DNA of 64,000 bases. It comes from Negaprion brevirostris (lineage: Eukaryota). The first letter of the stretch is position 1; each line of letters begins with the position of its first letter. Positions 1 through 11,060 of the stretch are shown here, one piece after another. A program made the translations under genes and the position numbers. The stretch spans positions 59,270,763 to 59,334,762 of the forward strand of contig JARDVH010000106.1 of assembly GCA_030324005.1 (NCBI GenBank), written 5' to 3'. The notes under the pieces are model-generated. The model saw only the letters and a list, made by a program, of their open reading frames with translations, made no database searches and was not told the DNA's origin.

Positions 1-880
1 GGTAATGGTTAACTAGCAATTTAAAAATCTACACAAAGTTTTAATATACTAACTTGTTCAGAGATCAAATTGAATTAAAGGGAATTCTAAATTCAGCTTT
101 AGTACTGATTAGTGTGATTTTATATATAAACAAATGTTTATGTATAAAGACGTTATACAAGTTGTTAGCACAAAATTCTCATGTGGTTTATTCAAAGATT
201 TGTTAATATCTATTACTGGATCAGAATATCTGTAGCAATCACAATGCCATTCCACTCCTTTTCTCCTACCTTAGTTGGGAGCTGTATTTCCTTTTCCAGC
301 TTTCAGATGAGAAAAATTCAGTGTAGTGGGTTCTCGAGGCCTTCAGTCAAGAGTTGGACAAAAGAAAACCACATCCTCTTTACCATCCATAAGGCAGCTA
401 GGTTTAAAGGACCCAGCCACTTTGAGAAGCCAGAGAGAAGGCAAGTCTGTAAGTATGGGGGTAGGGGCTGTCAGATCTCAGTATTAGCAGGGGACCTGGG
501 TGTAACTGGGGTGGGGGGTAGTCAGAGGAGTCCAGTGGATAATTGGGGTTTTAGGTTGATGGATAATCAAGGGGGTTCTATGGGGTGGGGGCGCATGCTC
601 ATTATTATAGTTGCTCAGGAGTTAGAAATGGTTTTCATTTTCCTGTGTAACTACCCTGGTCACAATCATCCCAAATCTTGATGTACATTGGGAGTATTGG
701 ATGATTCCCAATCCAGGGTGCCAATCAGAAGTTTGAGCTTTCCAGGCAATTGCTGCGCAGTCCTTGTGTGGATCGTCTGGGGTTTCAACCACATATCTTT
801 TGGGATATCCCCTGGATTTGACCCCAACACCAGACTTTGGAAGTTATGGGTCATGCTGTTAGTATATAAAAATATCATAC

Positions 881-1009
881 CTCTTCAGCATCAGGTAAGG
901 TGGATTGCTTTCCTTCAAAAAGGTTTGTTAAGGCCTTTGAAGATTGAAGCAAAACTCTTTCTTTGGCTCTTAATAATTGTTGCAGTTCTTCAAGTGAGGC
1001 CAAGCCTGA
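881..1009 (-). CDS. FANCB: FANCB coding exon 4, 129 bp: SGLASLEELQQLLRAKERVLLQSSKALTNLFEGKQSTLPDAEE (coiled-coil region); the gene continues beyond the window start
   Basis: Acceptor tttttcatccctttcAG, donor GAG|GTATGA, phase 0/0. Matches the recalled FANCB helix ending in AEE. Confidence 0.92.
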
Positions 1010-3029
1010 CTGAAAGGGATGAAAAAGTTGCATACAAAATTAGAAGGGTAACAGGTTGCAACAGCTGTATGTACAAAAAGCATTTCAACATCCACGTTAC
1101 AAAGCTAAAACTGGTACTTTGAAATTTACATAAGAGCTCATTTTTCAATTAAACTTTATATAGTGTCCAACTGACCTTTCAGCCTAAATAATAAACTTGG
1201 CTCAAAAGTGCCATATTAACAATCACATAGAAAAACTAGTAACAAGTATTGGTTTTGTGCGAATAAAATGCAGACCTAAAGCATTTGAAAACAATTCTGA
1301 ATAATTAGTTTCAGTTTCAACAACTCCACATGTTCTGAATTGTGTTTTTTTTTGTTGGGGCCAATGACTAACATTTTTATCACTTTGATACAGAAATGAG
1401 TGCGATCTGGGATTGATTTTTCTTTATATAATCGTTATGGTCTTTTTCAGCACTGTACAGCACTGACTCATGTGCAACTTCGAGGCAGTGCATCTAGAAA
1501 CAACTCAGACTGGAACCAAGAGCTGCTGCTTTATTGTAAATTGCATCATTGGCCCCATGATTACAAACTGATTCCCCACCACACAGCATCGTGCTAAATA
1601 TCAACTATTCACTCNNNNNNNNNNNNNNNNNNNNNNNNNNNNNNNNNNNNNNNNNNNNNNNNNNNNNNNNNNNNNNNNNNNNNNNNNNNNNNNNNNNNNN
1701 NNNNNNNNNNNNNNATATGCAGGAAATTCTCTTTAAAGACTGATAAAACATGTAACATCATGTATCCCTAACTAATACAGTATAGAGCCCTCACCCCCCC
1801 AAAAAAACACCCCATCTATATTGCTGAAGCTCTTGCAGAGAGCTGTTTGGATACAATGGGCTGAATGGCCTCCTTCCCTGTTGTAAACATTCAATGATTC
1901 TATAATAAAAAGCTTTCACCACAGAAGCTGATTGATTTATGTCATAAGTTTCTGTGGAGCAAATTTAAGCACCGCATTGCATATGATGTATAGCAGATTC
2001 AGGCGTTACAAGAATTACAGGCAGGTTATTCATTCAGAGATTAAATCAGAAACCTCTTTACTGTAGTTTAGTTTTCAATTGGATATAAAATCAAAGCAGA
2101 GCATACCTCTAACTAGTTTAAAAACCCACCTCCATGGAGATTCCTCTCCACAGAAAATTCTCATCACCACTGAAGATCGAAAGATTTAAATTGTAGATTT
2201 TTAAACTGGAGTCAGAAGATACATAGTTTAATTTCAATTGACTGCACGTGAATAATTTCTCGTTCCCAAATAACTGAAATCTTTTTTGTTTCTCTGTTGA
2301 ACCATGAATGGATTTTTATTAGATCTCTTCAAGTAACTCCAATAGGAATGCTCCAAAAATTAAAATTTACCAAAATTAATATTTGGTCACATTTGTTTAG
2401 CTATTTGAATTACCCATTTGGACAGAACAAATATTAGTAGATAATTTCCATTTTTATATTGGTTTACTGCCAATATTGCATTAATAGGCATTGGAACTGC
2501 AATGATCTTTCCTAACTTTACAAGGCATGGTATATAAAGTAGAGGCAGGTAGTGAATTGTAGTGCTTACTTATAAATATATGAAATATCCCAATAACTCT
2601 AAAAGGTACAGCCATTTAAGAAATGGACTAAATTACTGAAAAAAACAGATACTCCCAAAGAGGAAATCTGTAATTTTACCAGCAATCCACGTGCAATGTA
2701 ATTTTCTTCAATACTGTGAAGTAAGAGGGTCAGTGACTGGATATTACAATAGCAGTGAGCTGGGAAATAATGAAAGTGAAACTCAGATCAGTCCAGTCGT
2801 CATGTTTTTAAGACTTTTACCAAATATTTTTGTCAAATGTATGACATTACAGAACATACTTCAACTTAAATCAAATTACACTACGAGTTCTGATTACCAA
2901 AGTACATTATTTAAAATAAGGGACAGGTATCATCTAGAATGGTTCCATACATTTCTTCTTTATAATCTTTTCCACTTCTTTTTCAAATTTGTTAAGTTTA
3001 GTAATGGATTACATTTATTAAACTTACAT

Positions 3030-3130
3030 TTCCACGAAGGGGAACAATACTCGACTTGAAACATGAACTGTTTCTCTCTATATAAGTGCTGCAGGCCTGC
3101 TAGGTATTTCCAGCATTTTCTGTTTTTTAT
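3030..3130 (+). mobile_element. Degenerate family B-related fragment
   Basis: gacttgaaacatgaactg...cctgctaggtatttccagcattttctgttttt resembles the 3518-3753 arms. Confidence 0.55.
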
Positions 3131-3134
3131 GAGT

Positions 3135-3517
3135 GGAATGGGTCTATTCTCTGGAGGTTAGAAATGAGGGTGATCGCATTGGAACATTGAAAATTCTTAG
3201 AGGATTCAACAAGGTAAACAACAAAGGTTGGAATGTATGAAATGATGTGTCACAACTACAGAATTACGGGAACAGCCATTATGACCAAAACAAACAAAAA
3301 AAATTGTGAACGTTTGGAATTCTCCACTCCGAAGAACTACGGATGCTCAACTGATGAGTATATTCCGAGATCTATAGATTTTTGGGTATTAAGAGGATCA
3401 AGTAATATGGGGGTTGGGTAAGAAAGTGAAGTTGATGCAGAAATTCATCCAAGATCTTATTAAATGGTGGTGGAGTGGGCTACCGAGGGGCTGTATGGCC
3501 AACACCTATTCCTGTTA
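3135..3517 (+). mobile_element. CR1-type LINE 3' fragment
   Basis: Decayed GL(F)SLExRRMRGDxI coding remnant plus a CR1-type 3'UTR (gggctg(a)atggcc...cctattcctgtt). Confidence 0.75.
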
Positions 3518-3753
3518 TAAAAGCAAAATACTGCAGATGCTGGAATCTGAAACAAAAACAGAAATTGCTGTAAAATCTCAGCAAGTTTGGCAGCATCCGC
3601 GGAGAGAAAATAAAACCAATGTTTCGAGTCTGGATGACCTATCTGGATGAGTCGCTCCTCAAAGGGTCATCCAGACTTGAAATGTTGGCTCTATTTCCTC
3701 TCCACAGATGCTGTCAGACTTGCTGAGATTTTCAAGCATTTATCTGTTTTTGT
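3518..3753. mobile_element. Short palindromic Penelope-like terminal element (family B) inserted into a CR1 3' tail
   Basis: Inverted arms. 14-bp flanking duplication ACCTATTCCTGTTA (3504-3517) / ACTTATTCCTGTTA (3754-3767). Confidence 0.75.
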
Positions 3754-3851
3754 ACTTATTCCTGTTAATGTTATGGTTATATAAATAATACAAACAATAT
3801 ATGGATAATTGAAAAAAAATCAGATAGATATTTTCTGGATAGAATACTAAC

Positions 3852-3950
3852 CTGTAATCTTGCCTCCAGGGCTTGGACTGTGTGGTGAAAATTTACATGT
3901 GCTGTGTCATTAGTCTGCACTCCTTTATCTTCAGCATACCCAGATTTAAC
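3852..3950 (-). CDS. FANCB: FANCB coding exon 3, 99 bp: VKSGYAEDKGVQTNDTAHVNFHHTVQALEARLQ
   Basis: Donor CAG|GTTAGT, phase 0/0. The C-terminal VQALEARLQ resembles FANCB. The acceptor is an atypical ...tttttatgatcgAG, so the 5' boundary is less certain. Confidence 0.8.
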
Positions 3951-4057
3951 CTCGATCATAAAAATAATTTTTAATCATTTTTAAAAATAATAAGAGAGTG
4001 GAAATGTTTAAACAAAAGTTCAGCAATAAAATTCACTGTCAATTCCTGTGGAGGTGG

Positions 4058-4685
4058 TAGGGGGTGATTTGCCCAGTCCGCTGCGCTGCTCTAGCAGTGC
4101 AAAGGGCCAAGTCTTAAGTGGACGCCGTTTAGCGGGCTCCCTGCTGGGAGCCACGGTTTCTGTGCAGCTCTGGCTGCTGGAATTTCAGTGTCGTCAGCTC
4201 CACGCCAGAAATCGGCGTGGAGCTTACTAAAATATGTAAATTTGATTTTACATCCTATTAGCGGGCCCGGGACATCTTACATCCCATCAGCAGGGCACCC
4301 AACTCGAGGTGGGCTGGGGTCAGTGCTGGCCCTGGAGAGGTCTGGGAGGCTAGCAATTGCAGGTTGGGAGGTCGGAGGAGCAGCAATGCAGGGTTGCAGG
4401 CTGCTAGCGATTGAGAGACTGGCAATGCAGGGCTCCTGCGCATGTGCCGATCGCAGCGCTGACAAATTGGCATAGGCGCAGTGGCCTGTTCAGCGATATG
4501 CTGCTGGCCTCTCCAGTGGGAACAGACCCCACTTCTTGGTTTTCAGCGTGATTCACGCTGAGGCATTCTGCAATGCACAGAGTATGGGGGATTCATTTTG
4601 AAAACCCTTCTAAACAAAAATCAGCAGAATTTACTCCAGTTTTTATGCAAATTTAACAGAATTTTTTTGGGAGAATCCCAGCCGT
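4058..4685. mobile_element. GC-rich MITE-like element
   Basis: Abrupt GC/CpG-rich block in an AT-rich intron. Imperfect terminal inverted repeats ggggtgatttgccca ... tgggagaatcccagcc. No credible ORF. Confidence 0.55.
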
Positions 4686-5429
4686 AAACTTCTACAATGA
4701 AAAGGAATTTGCATCTATTTTTAATTCCATTGTGAAGAGAGGTGCCCATCTTTTACATCTCCGCATAGGTTGCTTTCTAATATTTAATTTTTGCCCTGTT
4801 TCTGGAGGTTGTTGTGTTGGCAGTCAGCATTTCCCTGAAAGCATGGCACTTATCATAATTTTGTCATGTGGGCATCTGAACTAAAAGTCTTCTCTGGAGA
4901 AAGGGACATTGTGGCAGTAGCAAGCATCACAGCCATACCCAACTGCAGAAAAAGTTGCCCCAAGAAATCAAGTTAAAAGGACAGCTGGTTAAAATCCCAA
5001 ACTCAAAATGAGAAGATTATGTCATTGTTGAAACTGAAAACGGTTTTCCCAAACATGGACAAGTAATCTGGGCATGGAACTATCTGTTGGCGTTAGCTCA
5101 AAGAGTTATATAATATTTCATGTTGCTTGGGAAAAGGAACGTCTCAGAGTTTACATCACATAGGTAGTTGGAAACAAAGGGGTAACTTCATGAGGTAGTG
5201 TGTCGCCACCACTGTAGTTAAATGTACTGTTGTAGTGTTTTACAGTAGTTTTGAGTGTTTTTTTAAGTTAAAAAAATTCTTTATTAATTGATCACAAAAT
5301 TATTGGACTATTCCTCCTTGGTTTGTATTTCTCACAGTATACCAAGTCCAAAATATACACTATTAAAAAATCAGTGCTCCAAGTTACTCTTCTGGGTTTT
5401 GGGATGCCCACGCACATAACATCAACAGG

Positions 5430-6025
5430 GTTCTTAACACCATTTTACTCTCTTTCTCAACCTGTCCTACCATCTTCAATGGTTTGTGCACAAACCCACA
5501 GGTCCCTCCGTTCCTGCATTCCCATAGAATTGTATCCTTTAGTTTATATTGCCTCTCTTTCTTCTCACCAGAATACATCACTTCACTGCATTAAATTTAA
5601 TTTGCCGTGTCCGTCCATTCCATCAGCCTATTTATAACGTCTTGAAATTTATCACTGCCCTCAGTTTGCAATGTTTCCAAATTTTCTCAATTACAAGCTT
5701 TAAAATAGTGCCCTGCACACCAAAGCCTAAAGCCTACCCCCACTGGGTTATGGAGGTAGGTCCTGGGTGGGACTGTGTTCAGTGCAGACTTGATGGGCCA
5801 AAGGGGCTCTTTCTGCACTGTCGGGTTCTATGATTCTAAATATATCAAGAAAAGCAGTGGTTCTAGTACCCATGTATACTCCTCCAGTCTGAAAAACAAC
5901 CATTTACCACTACTCTCCATTTCCTGTGATTCAGCCAACTTCTTATCTTGGCAACCAATGTCCCTTTTATTCCATGGGCCTCAACTTTGCTGACAAGCTT
6001 ACTACGTGGCACTTTGTCAAATGCA
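5430..6025 (-). mobile_element. Old CR1-type LINE RT fragment, with a short SINE/LINE 3' tail inserted at ~5732-5836 (+)
   Basis: Decayed RT-like sequence (gtggcactttgtcaaatgc = AFDKVPH on minus). The insert ends in gatgggccaaaggg...ttctatgattct. Confidence 0.6.
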
Positions 6026-6414
6026 GTCTTAGCTTCAAGCATACGCTACATTTAGGATCTCAAAATTATACTGGCCCTTATCTTTCTGCAAGTGGTGTGT
6101 GAATAATGCAATGCATCTTGGACAACAACCCTGGATTTTCAGGTTTCACTGCACATTCATTCTTGCCAGAACTTACTGTCCACTTCACTGACTTGTGCTA
6201 AGTAATAGTGAACACTGTTAGCTTCACTAATACTTTAACAGTAAAATAAGACCCCACAGACGGAAGTCAGATTTTCACCTCCAGTGGTACTGACATTAGC
6301 CTAGCACGTGATCTCAGAGCTTTTAATTGTGAACGATGTAGGGGAGAGAGCAAAAAAAACTTAAAACAGCAGAAATAAATAATATGCAAAAATTAAATAA
6401 AAGCAGGAACTTAC

Positions 6415-6570
6415 TGTATAACTGAATTCACCAAGATCAGTTAGTACAAAATCTTTGAAGCAGTCTTCAACAGTGGGAGTTGCCATAGAGAGCAACAAGA
6501 TTTGCTCTGTCCCCATGCCTAAGAAGTCATCCAATTGTACTGACCATATCGCCTGCCAAACAACGGCAAT
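6415..6570 (-). CDS. FANCB: FANCB coding exon 2, 156 bp: IAVVWQAIWSVQLDDFLGMGTEQILLLSMATPTVEDCFKDFVLTDLGEFSYT
   Basis: Acceptor ttttaccctAG, donor GTAAGT, phase 0/0. Contains the conserved FANCB motif DDFxGxGTEQ. Confidence 0.95.
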
Positions 6571-7326
6571 CTAGGGTAAAACAAAGGCCATTATTTTACT
6601 TTAGTCGATGACAAATTGCATGTAATTAGCAACAAGGTTGCATGTATAAACCTTCCAAGAATACACCAATTATTTGTCCATTCTTACACTTGTTTTATTC
6701 TTTCTCAGATGTGGGCATCTCTGGCTAGGCCAACATTTGTTGTCCATCTCTCATTATCCTTGAGATTTGATGGCTCGCAGAATTTATTGCAAACTGTTAA
6801 ATCAGTTGAACTCACAGCATTCAAGTGTTAAAAAGAATCCTGGCAGTAGTATTGCCATTTCAGGAACATATTAACATGTTTTCCAAGTTAATTGTAACTG
6901 CTGTGTTCTTGACAGTAATTTGACAAGTGATGTACTTGTTTGGCTAGGCTATTACATCCTTTCATGATTATTTTAAGTTACTTTTGTAAATGTGTCTTTT
7001 GTTTTGGCCACTCTGTCCCCATCCTGTTGAGCTCATACTTTCTTTCTCAGGGGGAAGGTTTTGGTAATTCGTGTCATCAAATCAACCATCAATATTATGA
7101 TTGCTGGCTAGTCTCCTTGCCCCCTGTCCCCATAATAAAAAGCATAATCTTCTCTGCTAAAGATGAATAGCAAACAACCACAAAGACTAGAAATTAAATT
7201 AGAGTTTCTAGTAAAGATCAATTTTTAGACCTGTGACATGTATACAGCACTAACCGATTTTCAAGTAGTGCTGAAAATGAAAAGCAAAATGAAAGGAAAC
7301 ATATTTCAGCATCATTGAACTGAATC

Positions 7327-7432
7327 AAGAGTTCTGAAGAAGAGCCATATTGGACTCAAAATGTTAACTTTGTTTCCCTCTCCATAGATCCAGCCAGACC
7401 TGCTGAGTTTTTTCAGCACATTTTTACTTTTC
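7327..7432 (+). mobile_element. Single-arm family B-related element with a decayed hammerhead motif
   Basis: AGAGTT-CTGAAGA-A-GAGCC-ATATTG-GACTC-AAA-ATGT-T-AACTTT, followed by the shared ...gacctgctgag...cagca tail. Confidence 0.65.
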
Positions 7433-8375
7433 AATCATCATTTGAAGCTTCTTTACTCTTATTAAAGACTGCAAAGATATAGCAGCAAATATTATTTCAT
7501 CAGGGCATGACACGGATAATTTATCAATATGTATTCATGCATATAAGAACATAAGAACATATGAAGCAGTACTTTGGTATATTCTAATAGGATGAATGGA
7601 ATGCCTGAAGTGCTAAGTTTCCACTTTCACGTTGGTTCCCTGCCCATTGCCAAGTGGGGTCTCAAAGCTTAAGGAGCAATCAGTGCTCTTTCTAGCTTCA
7701 GGGGACCACTCAGTTGCAATAGATGGCAAGTAGCAAGAGCATAATTGAACAAAAACATGGCCTCTTAAATCCTTTTTAAAAACTTTAATTAGAAGGTAGA
7801 GAAGGAAACCAGGCCACCACAGTGGAGTGGGGACAAACATAAATCTAGTTGGCTCAGGGAACCAGCATCATAGCAGGTTGCAATATTTTTGGACTCTATC
7901 TGCCTTTGTTCTCAGCCGGGCCTGAATATCTCACCTGATGAGTGCAACTTCAGCCTGTTAAAGAACATTTTTAAAGAACAACCTACATAATGGCAAATAC
8001 AGACAATATTACTTTATTTTGTGCTTACAATGGCCATTGGGAGTAATCAGAAGAATCTGCTCAAAGTTGTTCTGTTACAGCTGTCCTTTATACAAATCAT
8101 ACAAGTATATTCAAGTCTGTACAGAGCTAATCACATTCCTCAATACAATGGATTTCCTACCTGATTCACCCGATAGATCTTCATGAGAATACAATCAGGC
8201 CCATAACTAAATTACTTATGTGGTTGTAGCTTTTTTCCCTAGAGCATTCCATTCTTTGTATGCTTTCATTTTATTCAAATCATGCTATCCTCTGTATCCG
8301 GTCAAGCCATGCTAACCCATATTTTTTGAATTAGCCTTTTATTTTTATTCGACTTTCTCAAGTCTTAACAGGTAT

Positions 8376-8589
8376 TCATGATGTGGAGGTGCCGTTGTTG
8401 GTCTGGGGTGGGCACAGTAAGAAGTCTCACAATAGCAGGTTAAGGTCCAACAGGGTTATTTGGAATCACAAGCTTTCGGAGTGTTGCTCTTCATCAGGTC
8501 ACTCACTTGATGAAAAAGCAGTGCTCCAAAAGCTCATGATTCCAAATAAACCTGTTGGATTTTAACCTGCTGTTGTGAGTCTTCTTACT
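8376..8589. mobile_element. Short palindromic Penelope-like terminal element (family A) with two decayed minimal hammerhead motifs
   Basis: Inverted arms span 8416-8589. The minus arm reads CTGATGA-A-GAGCAACACTCC-GAAAGCTTGTGA. Flanked by CTTAACAGG(G)TAT on both sides. Confidence 0.7.
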
Positions 8590-8769
8590 TAACAGGGTAT
8601 GGTGGGGGATTCAGCTATGCAACACTGATGTCTCCTCAGTTCCAGCCTCTCTCTGATTCCCACTCTTTCCTTTCTATCTCAGCCTAGGAAGAAAGGGATG
8701 TAAAGAAACTAACTCACTTAAACATAGAAACCATGCCATCACCTGGTTAAACAATCCCCACATAATTGA

Positions 8770-9610
8770 TTTCATTGATTTATTTATCATTGTCACATGT
8801 ATTGGGACGCAATGAAAAGTATTGTTTCTTGTGCATTATAAAGACAAAACATCCTTTTGATAGAGTACATTGGAGAGAAGAAAAGGATAGGGTGCAGAAT
8901 ATAGTGTTGCAGTTACAAATAAAATGAGGAGAAAGATCAGCTTAATATGTGATAGGGGCATTCAAAAGTCTGATGGCAGCAGGGAAGAAGCTGTTCTTGA
9001 GTCGGTTGGTACATGATTTCAGGCTTTTGTATCTTTTTTCTGACAAAAGAAGATGGAAGAGAGTGTGTCTGGGGTGCGTGATGTCCTTGATTATGCTGGT
9101 TGCTTTCCAAGGTATCAAGAATTGTAGACAGAATCAATGGATGGGAGTTTGGTTTGTGTGATGGACTGAGTTGCGTTCACAACTGTTTGTAGTTTCTTGT
9201 GGCCTTGGTCAGAGCAGGAGCCATACCGAGCTGTGATACATCTGGACAGCATTCTTTCTATGGTTCATCTGTAAAAATAGGTCAGAGACCTAGTGAACAT
9301 GCTGAATTTTCTTCGCCTCCTGAGAAAGTGGAGGCATTGGTGGATTTTCTTAACAATAGCATCAGTGTGGAGGGGCCAGAACAGGTTGTTGATGATCTAG
9401 ACACCTACAAACTTGAAGCTCTTGACCATTTCCACTTCATCCCTTTTGATGTAGACAAATGCACGTCCTCCACTACATTTCCTGAAGTTAATGACTATCT
9501 CCTGCATTTTACTGACGTTGCGGGAGAGATTATGATCATTGCACCATTTCTCCAGATTCTTTATCTCCTTCGTGGACTCCATCTCATCATTGTCATCGTC
9601 ATTTCAGATG
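8770..9610 (-). mobile_element. Rex1/Babar-type LINE 3' fragment
   Basis: Minus-strand remnants NLEKWCNDHNLSRNVSKMQEIVINFRK and EMVKSFKFVGV. The 3'UTR is shared with copies at 23.6, 30.1 and 48.3 kb. Confidence 0.8.
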
Positions 9611-9944
9611 AATCATAAGATTTGTGAGCATCTATTTAATAAGTGTGGTAAGGTTGGTGGCGTGATACTGACACACTGGAAGAATAACAATTCAAAAATA
9701 AGAACATAAATGTTAAGTAAGTTGGCCCAATGGGATTAATTGCTATTGCATGTAATAAAGCTCTAAAGAACTTTTATTCCAAAATTTCAATGAATAGCAA
9801 AATGTAGTAAAATGCATCAAAGAACATGTTTGCCTTACTTCTGAGTCACAGCCGTGCCTTTCTACAAACAGGGAGAAGAAAGATATTTTGTGGAGAGATA
9901 AAGGGATGAAAGTCTGGAACCTTGCACCAAACACACTATATTGC

Positions 9945-10727
9945 ATTTGTCAAGTATTTGCCGACTCAGTCAGCTTGTCCCATTCACCCCGCACTCAGCT
10001 TAGTATTATCTGCAAATTTGGAGATATTCCTTCATCCAAATCATTAATGTACAATCTGAGTAGCTGGAATCCCAGACTGAACCCTGCGGTACCCACTAGT
10101 CACTACCTGTCACTCTGGGAAGGACCCATTTATTCCCATTCTCTGCTTCCTATCTGCCAACCAGTTCTCTACCTACGTCACTGCATTATCCTCGATACCA
10201 GGGACTTTAACTTTGCTCACTGATCTCCTGTGTGGGACCTTGTCAAAAGCCTTTTGTAAATCCATAGAATCACAGAATCCATACAGAGTAAAAGAAGGCC
10301 ATTTAGCCCATCAAGCCTGCACCAACAACAATCCCACACAGGTTCTATGTCCATCGCCCCACGTATTTATCTCACTAATCCCCCTGAGAATAAGGGGCAA
10401 TTTAGCATGGCCAATCCACCTAACCTGCATATCTTTGGACTAAGGGAGGAAACCAGAGCACCCAGAGGAAACCCACGCCGACACAGGGAGAACGTGCAAA
10501 CTCTGCACAGGCAGTCACCCAATGCCGGAATTGAACCTATGTGAAGTCTTGTTATACAACATCCACTGGTTCACTCTTGTCCACTCTGCTGGCCACATCC
10601 TCAAAAAATTCTAGAAGATTTGTCAAGCATGATTTCCCTTCAGTGAATCCATGCCGACTTGGACCAATTCTGTCACTGCTTTCCAAATGCTCAGTTATTA
10701 CATTCTTAATAATTGATTCCAGCATTT
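9945..10727 (-). mobile_element. CR1-type LINE RT fragment, interrupted by a SINE at ~10263-10541
   Basis: SRHGFTEGKSCLTNLLEFFEDVASRVDKSEPVDVV RT motif. Confidence 0.85.
10263..10541 (-). mobile_element. HE1-like tRNA-derived SINE
   Basis: ggccaatccacctaacctgcatatctttggac...gagaacgtgcaaactc...ggaattgaacc (B-box on minus), with a LINE-derived tail. Confidence 0.8.
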
Positions 10728-11060
10728 GTAATAAAGTGGATGAATTAACTGCACAGACAGCCATTAACGGATATGATGTAATTGGATTCATGGAGACCTG
10801 GCTGGGTGACCAGGGATGGGAGCTCAACACCCAGGGGTATTTGATATTCAGGATGGAGATGAAAGGAGGGTGGGGCAGCATTGCTGGTTAAAGAGGATAT
10901 TAATGCAATAGTAAGGAAGGACATTAGCCTGAACAATCAAAGGAAACATCAAAGGATAAAAAACGCTAGTGGGAGTTGTGTACAGACCACCAGACAGAAG
11001 CAGTGAGATTGGGATGGCATCAAGCAGGGAAATAGAGATGCATGCAATAAAGGCACAGCA
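10722..11060 (+). mobile_element. CR1-type LINE ORF2 endonuclease (APE) fragment
   Basis: NKVDELTAQTAINGYDVIGFMETWL and GVVYRPP motifs. Confidence 0.85.

Noticed and set aside
181-1122. Plus-strand ORFs of 166 and 144 aa
   Set aside because: No recognisable protein. They overlap a G-rich repeat-like block and the antisense of a FANCB exon.
1919-1957. Short hairpin ccacagaagct...agtttctgtgg
   Set aside because: Only an ~11 bp stem, too short for a pre-miRNA and likely chance.
2130-2169. Possible 40-nt cassette exon in FANCB (cag|TGGTGA...GAG|gtgggt)
   Set aside because: Frame-breaking with an immediate stop and no homology. Indistinguishable from chance splice signals.
4048-4475. Cluster of overlapping ORFs on both strands
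   Set aside because: Expected from a GC-rich MITE-like element with few stop codons.
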